Positions 59,491 through 64,000 of a stretch of 64,000 nucleotides of DNA are shown one piece after another. The number at the start of each line of letters is the position of its first letter. Within the stretch, counting starts at the first letter, position 1. The position numbers and the translations under genes are program-made. The DNA is from Nemertoderma westbladi (Eukaryota > Animalia > Xenacoelomorpha), in contig JAUCBJ010001771.1 of assembly GCA_032718475.1 (NCBI GenBank), positions 62,001 through 126,000 of the forward strand, read 5' to 3'. The notes under the pieces are model-generated. The model was not told the origin of the DNA, ran no database searches, and was given only the letters and a program-made list of their open reading frames with translations.

Positions 59491-62400
59491 CCCATAGAGG
59501 AGTACTGGAACTACTGCTGCTCTAAATAACTGGACCTTGAGTTTCCGATTAATTCTCGGTGACTTCAAAATCCTGGAAAGCCTATTCAAGGCTGCCCATG
59601 CCTTTCCCTTACGTATTCGAAGGTCCTCACCTGACTTCCGGATCCATGATCCCAGGTAACAGAAGTCATCCACATGCTCAAGCATACCATCTTTTGAGCT
59701 TATGCTCATCCGATCAGAGACTTGCTGAGGACTTTCAAAGTTAACTGTCAAAATTTTGGTCTTTCTGGAGTTAATAAAAAGACCAACACTAGAAGCAGCA
59801 TGTTCTAATGAGCTGAGGAGCCGTTGGGCTCCCTCTAGTGATTCTGAAAGTACTCCTAAGTCATCAGCAAAGTCTAGATCAGTTAGGTACTTGGCAGGAT
59901 TTCCTCGACTTCTGGAGCCAGTAGGTGGAGTTATCATCACCCCATCATCATTATGATGATCTAACGACATGCGTAGAACATAGTCAACAACAATTATGAA
60001 CAAGAATGGTGCAAGTGTGTCTCCCTGGAGGACGCCCCATAACACTTCAAAAGGTTCTGTGTCACCGTCAACAGTAGACACAAATGTTATCGAGCCATCG
60101 TATACTGATCTGATTGCTGCAATAATTTCATCAGGAATCCAATATAATGAAAGTATGCTGAACATACGTGAGCGAGAGAATGAATCAAAGGCTTTGAAGA
60201 AGTCAACAAAGATAACAGCCATATAGATGCCTGTCTTTCTTTTTTGATAACTCTTCAATTATCCTTCTAAGTGCCAAAATGGGCTCCATGGTCCCACGAC
60301 CTTTGCGGAACCCATTCTGATTTCCACGGAGCAGTCTCTCAATGGGATCCCTGATGCGATTTAATAGAATTCTATTGTATAGCTTTGCAGCAATCGAGAT
60401 CAATGAGATTCCCCGAAAAGATCCATAGAGTGTTAGGTTGCCCTTCTTGGGAACTCGCACCAACTTATTTGTTTTCATTTCTTGTGGGACTCTTGATGTA
60501 CGGTACATGTCTACTATGATGGGATAGATGAGCTTTAAACACTCAGGTATTTTAAAGACCTCAGGGGGAACACCATCTACTCCACTGGCACGATTGGTCT
60601 TAATGCTCTTTGCAACAGCCTTCACTTCTGCAAAGGAGATATCACCAATGGGAATATCTGGGAGTACAGACTCAGACACTTTTACTTCTATAAAGTTATC
60701 AGGCAATACCCTGTCATTATTGAGGAGCTTTTCAAAGTGGGCCTTCCAACCATTGAGGCGATCGGCTGGTGATTCAGCCTTAACCTTGGTGGTTGGTTGG
60801 CTTTTTCGACCAGCAAGCAAGTTGATCGATCTCCATGCCTGGGATGATTGCCTGCTGTCGTGAGCGTCATTGATGGCATCAACCTGTTGGTTTATTAGTT
60901 CCTGTAAATTAACAGAGTACTGCCTGTTCAGGGACCTAGATGCAGCCTTAACTGCATTCTTGGCCGCTGTAGTCTGTTTGAGTCAGGACTCTTTCTGCGC
61001 CTTGTAGAGGTCATTTCGGCACTTCTGAATTTTGTTTTCAGTCCAGGGGGCCCATTTCCTGTTTCAAGGGTATACAGGAACTGTTTCTGCAGCTGCTAAC
61101 TTAACTGCCTCTGTGAAGGCAGTATAGCCCTCACAGTGATCTGCCGCCTCAGAGGCAAGAGCCTCATACCTGTTGCTCAGCTGTAGTGTGAAGCTGGATC
61201 TCACACTTGACTGTTGCAACAGAGAGGACCAATCATGCCGCAGCAAGGCAGTTTTCGTTGTTCGGCTAACACGCAGACTAAGTCATACCTTGGCCACAAT
61301 AAGGCAGTGATCACTGGAGAAGGGTCGTAGTGTAAATGCATTACAGTCTTGTATAGAACTCCTGTATTTCCTACGAAACAGAATATGGTCTATCTGGGAC
61401 TTGTGACCACTGGATCCACTATGAGTCCATAGCTTTCCAGTTCGCTTCTTGAACTGGGTTCCAGCTGAAAACAATCCATTTCCAGAGATAAATCCTGAAG
61501 ATGGACGGAATTTCGGTTAACACTATTGCTATAGACCCAAGGCGATGTAGGTGATTGATGCAGACTTGCATTAAAGTCTCCCAGGAATTTTAAGAATGGA
61601 TGCTGATCCACTCCCCATCAGTAGCTGCTTGTAGATTCTGGTAGAAATTTTCCACCTCCTCTACAGGGGCAACAATAGTTGGAGAGTAAGTAGCACACAA
61701 TCAGAACAACCTTAGGAAATTTCTTAGCCAGTGTTCCAGAACATGAGAAGTGGCAACGGATGATGCAGTTAGAGATTTGGTCTATTTTGTCCAATGCTGC
61801 GTGTGCAGTTGGATTCATCAATAGACCAATTCCACCATTGCCACTATCATCTGCTGAAGCGAGGGCGAGTCGCCAACCGCCCCCCCATGTCCTTAATCAG
61901 AACCTCATCAGTCTGCCCAGTCTGCATTCGGTGCTGTTGAACACCCACTGCACTAAGAGAAAGCTTATCTGCCAAGGCAGTCAGCTCACCTTGTCGCATT
62001 GGGGACCCGAGTGTTAGGGTGTTTACTGAGGCTAGTCTAGCGACTTGCCTCAGATTCACCAATGGCTTTGTTGGTCGGGGTGGAACATGAGAGTAGCCTC
62101 CAACTCCAGAATCCCTCTCCCCCTCACAATCTGGCCTCCCTGGTGACCCAGGGTTTGGGCCAGAAAGGTCATCAGGAAAGGGACTCAAAGAATTGTTTGC
62201 CGCTCTCTCTCCAGTAGGGGGTGAGACAGGCAGCCGGTCAGGAGATAACTGATGCCTGTGAGGCCGATTGTGTCCACTCATTCCACTGGCCTCTAGTGGC
62301 TGGACCTCCGCATTACTAATGTAATCCATAGTGGGGGTTGGGGGGTGCTTTTTTGCCGAGTCAGCTCTCGGGGCAAATACCACACCCTGGTTTGCCATTC

Positions 62401-62818
62401 CACAGGGTGGGTGTCGCAGTGGAGTCAGATATGAGGCCCATCACCCATATCTACTCTCGCGCACATGACCCACCATTGGCTGTGCAGTTCATCTGTTGGG
62501 TCATGCCCTGTACCCCTGCTGCCAGGTGCAGGTCGCAGTGAAGTGCACTCAGAGTGGACATGAGAACACTCTACTCCTGACCAGCCATTGGTAGATCAGC
62601 ATCTGCCTGGCCAGGCCATATACCCCTGCAGCCAAGTATATGGGTCCTTAATCCAGGACCAAGGGCGTCCTTATCCCAGAATGAAGGGGGTCCTAGTTAC
62701 AGGACCAGATTTGCCCTAGTAAGAGGGTCTATGCAGCTACAGGTGGCACCTCCTTTATGCTGCGTGGAGGTGGCAAGTTTTCTTGATCAATGACCTAGAA
62801 TACCTGACCTGACCTGAC
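59491..62818 (-). mobile_element. RTE/RTEX-like LINE, degenerate and 3'-truncated, inserted into the CRE-like element
   Basis: Endonuclease motifs ASVNTLTL, VGVQQHR, GDFNA, SQIDHIL, SDH; RT motifs QNGFRKGR, FVDFFKAFDS, GVLQGDTLAPFLF, LDFADDL, FCYLGS over several frames; 5' end at (TCAGG)3. Confidence 0.85.
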
Positions 62819-64000
62819 AATGGGAGGAAGATGGCAAGGTGTTGAGCCAGTCCCCAGATCCTTGGACTTTGCAAGCTCTCCGGCGTGCAGCTGATGTTTC
62901 GTCTGATACTTCAAGGAGCGAGGCAAACCGTGAAACTGCTATTGGTTCCGAACAGTTTCTCTGTATCTTTGGATCTTCTGGAGTATTTGCCACTGGGATC
63001 ATGCTTTTCCAAAATTCTATGGCTTCTCCATGGTGTTTGTTCTCACTAGGAGAGTGATAAATCTCATTAATTAACGATTCATTATTATGTAATGATGAGA
63101 TGTAAGCACAAGGCGCAGTTTCTGTCACAGAAGGAATTCCGAGGTCTCCCTGTCGACTAGGAAGGATTGCTTGCTCCAAGGTTTCAGTTTACAGTTTAAC
63201 GTTCGTTATCTCTTCTAGAGACTCCCTTATACTGTTGTCGATCTTGCTAAGTAGATGGGGTTCGTTGAAAGTTGGTGATGAACGGAGCATGTATATAAGT
63301 TTGGGTACGGCTAGACAGTTTTAGAGGAGGAAAAAGGCGTCATGGTTGTCAATTGGGTTTTCCTCACCTGACTTGTCCCCAATGATGGTTAGGTTAGCTC
63401 ACATTTGACTCATTAAGAGATAACCCTATGTTGCAGCTGCGTATCAGCAACGTGATCTCTTCTCAAAGTATTAAAAGCATTCTTAAAATCAAGTATTAGA
63501 ATGACATCTTGTTCCTCGCTGATTGCACAAAGCTTCACAGCACAGCTGCCTCGCAACCCCCAGGGGTTCCAAATCCAAGTTGTGATGGTGCAAATTCTCC
63601 TCACCTGACTTGTTGGTTAGCTCACATTTTAACTCATTAAGATATATCCCTATGTCGCTGCATGCTGTTCTGAAAGATTGGAGTGTACCTTTTCCCAGTG
63701 GCCTCCAACTGTAACCTCATCAATATATCCTGCGTTGAATTTTGTCTGGAATTTGTCAAGATTCTGGTGGAGTCCTAGGCAAAATCCAAAGACAGCTAAA
63801 GGGGTCCCCTTGTTGGAAGCCCTCCTCAGAAAGCAACAGATCTTGTCCAAATGAGAGGTGGGTCGTTCTGCCATAACATAACCTATAAAATGGGAGAAGC
63901 TCTGGGGCATTATCTGCAATACAATCTGCAACGTGATCTCTTCTCATCAAAGTATTAAAAGCGTTCTTAAAATCAAGCATTAGGAAGACATCTTGTTCCG
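62819..64000 (-). mobile_element. CRE/NeSL-like element, RT region, degenerate and locally duplicated
   Basis: LDFKNAFNT.RRD (twice), QQGDP, YIDEVTVGG, QAILPSRQGDLGI, SGDWLNTLPSS; 63446-63516 duplicates 63928-63999 and 63361-63440 resembles 63599-63662. Confidence 0.78.

Noticed and set aside
62700-62818. HDV-like ribozyme at the RTE 5' end
   Set aside because: Only simple hairpins were found; I could not assemble the nested double pseudoknot by eye.

Overview
Repeat-rich eukaryotic (animal, probably invertebrate) genomic DNA; no prokaryotic features and no CRISPR. Host genes: the 3' part of MRE11 (2-1438,+) and a complete SON homologue (27847-30477,+), both without introns in the visible CDS, plus a TRPM-channel pseudogene fragment (~57.8-58.1 kb,-). 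Most of the rest is transposon-derived: a large internally deleted BEL/Pao LTR element (~3.9-14.6 kb,-) with an unknown accessory ORF in the env position and a cluster of RNA hairpins; an apparently intact CR1-type LINE (17.9-22.8 kb,-); P-element-type derivatives with THAP domains; EnSpm-like and other MITEs; a Helentron-like non-autonomous element carrying ten 315-bp repeats, each with two CTCF-like motifs (37.1-40.9 kb); a truncated L2/CR1-like LINE flanked by a 96-bp duplication; a CsRn1-type Gypsy element with an intact pol and a -1 frameshift signal (52.0-56.2 kb,-); a CRE-like element interrupted by an RTE-like element (58.9-64 kb,-); and 38-bp and 34-bp minisatellites. Best candidates for new biology: the mobile CTCF-like site array, the BEL accessory ORF with its hairpin cluster, a duplicated covarying RNA structure in the RTE 5' UTR, direct evidence that TAGGCCTA/TACAGTA motifs are insertions at TA sites, and the intron-less housekeeping genes. 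All calls come from reading the sequence by eye; no searches or folding programs were run.
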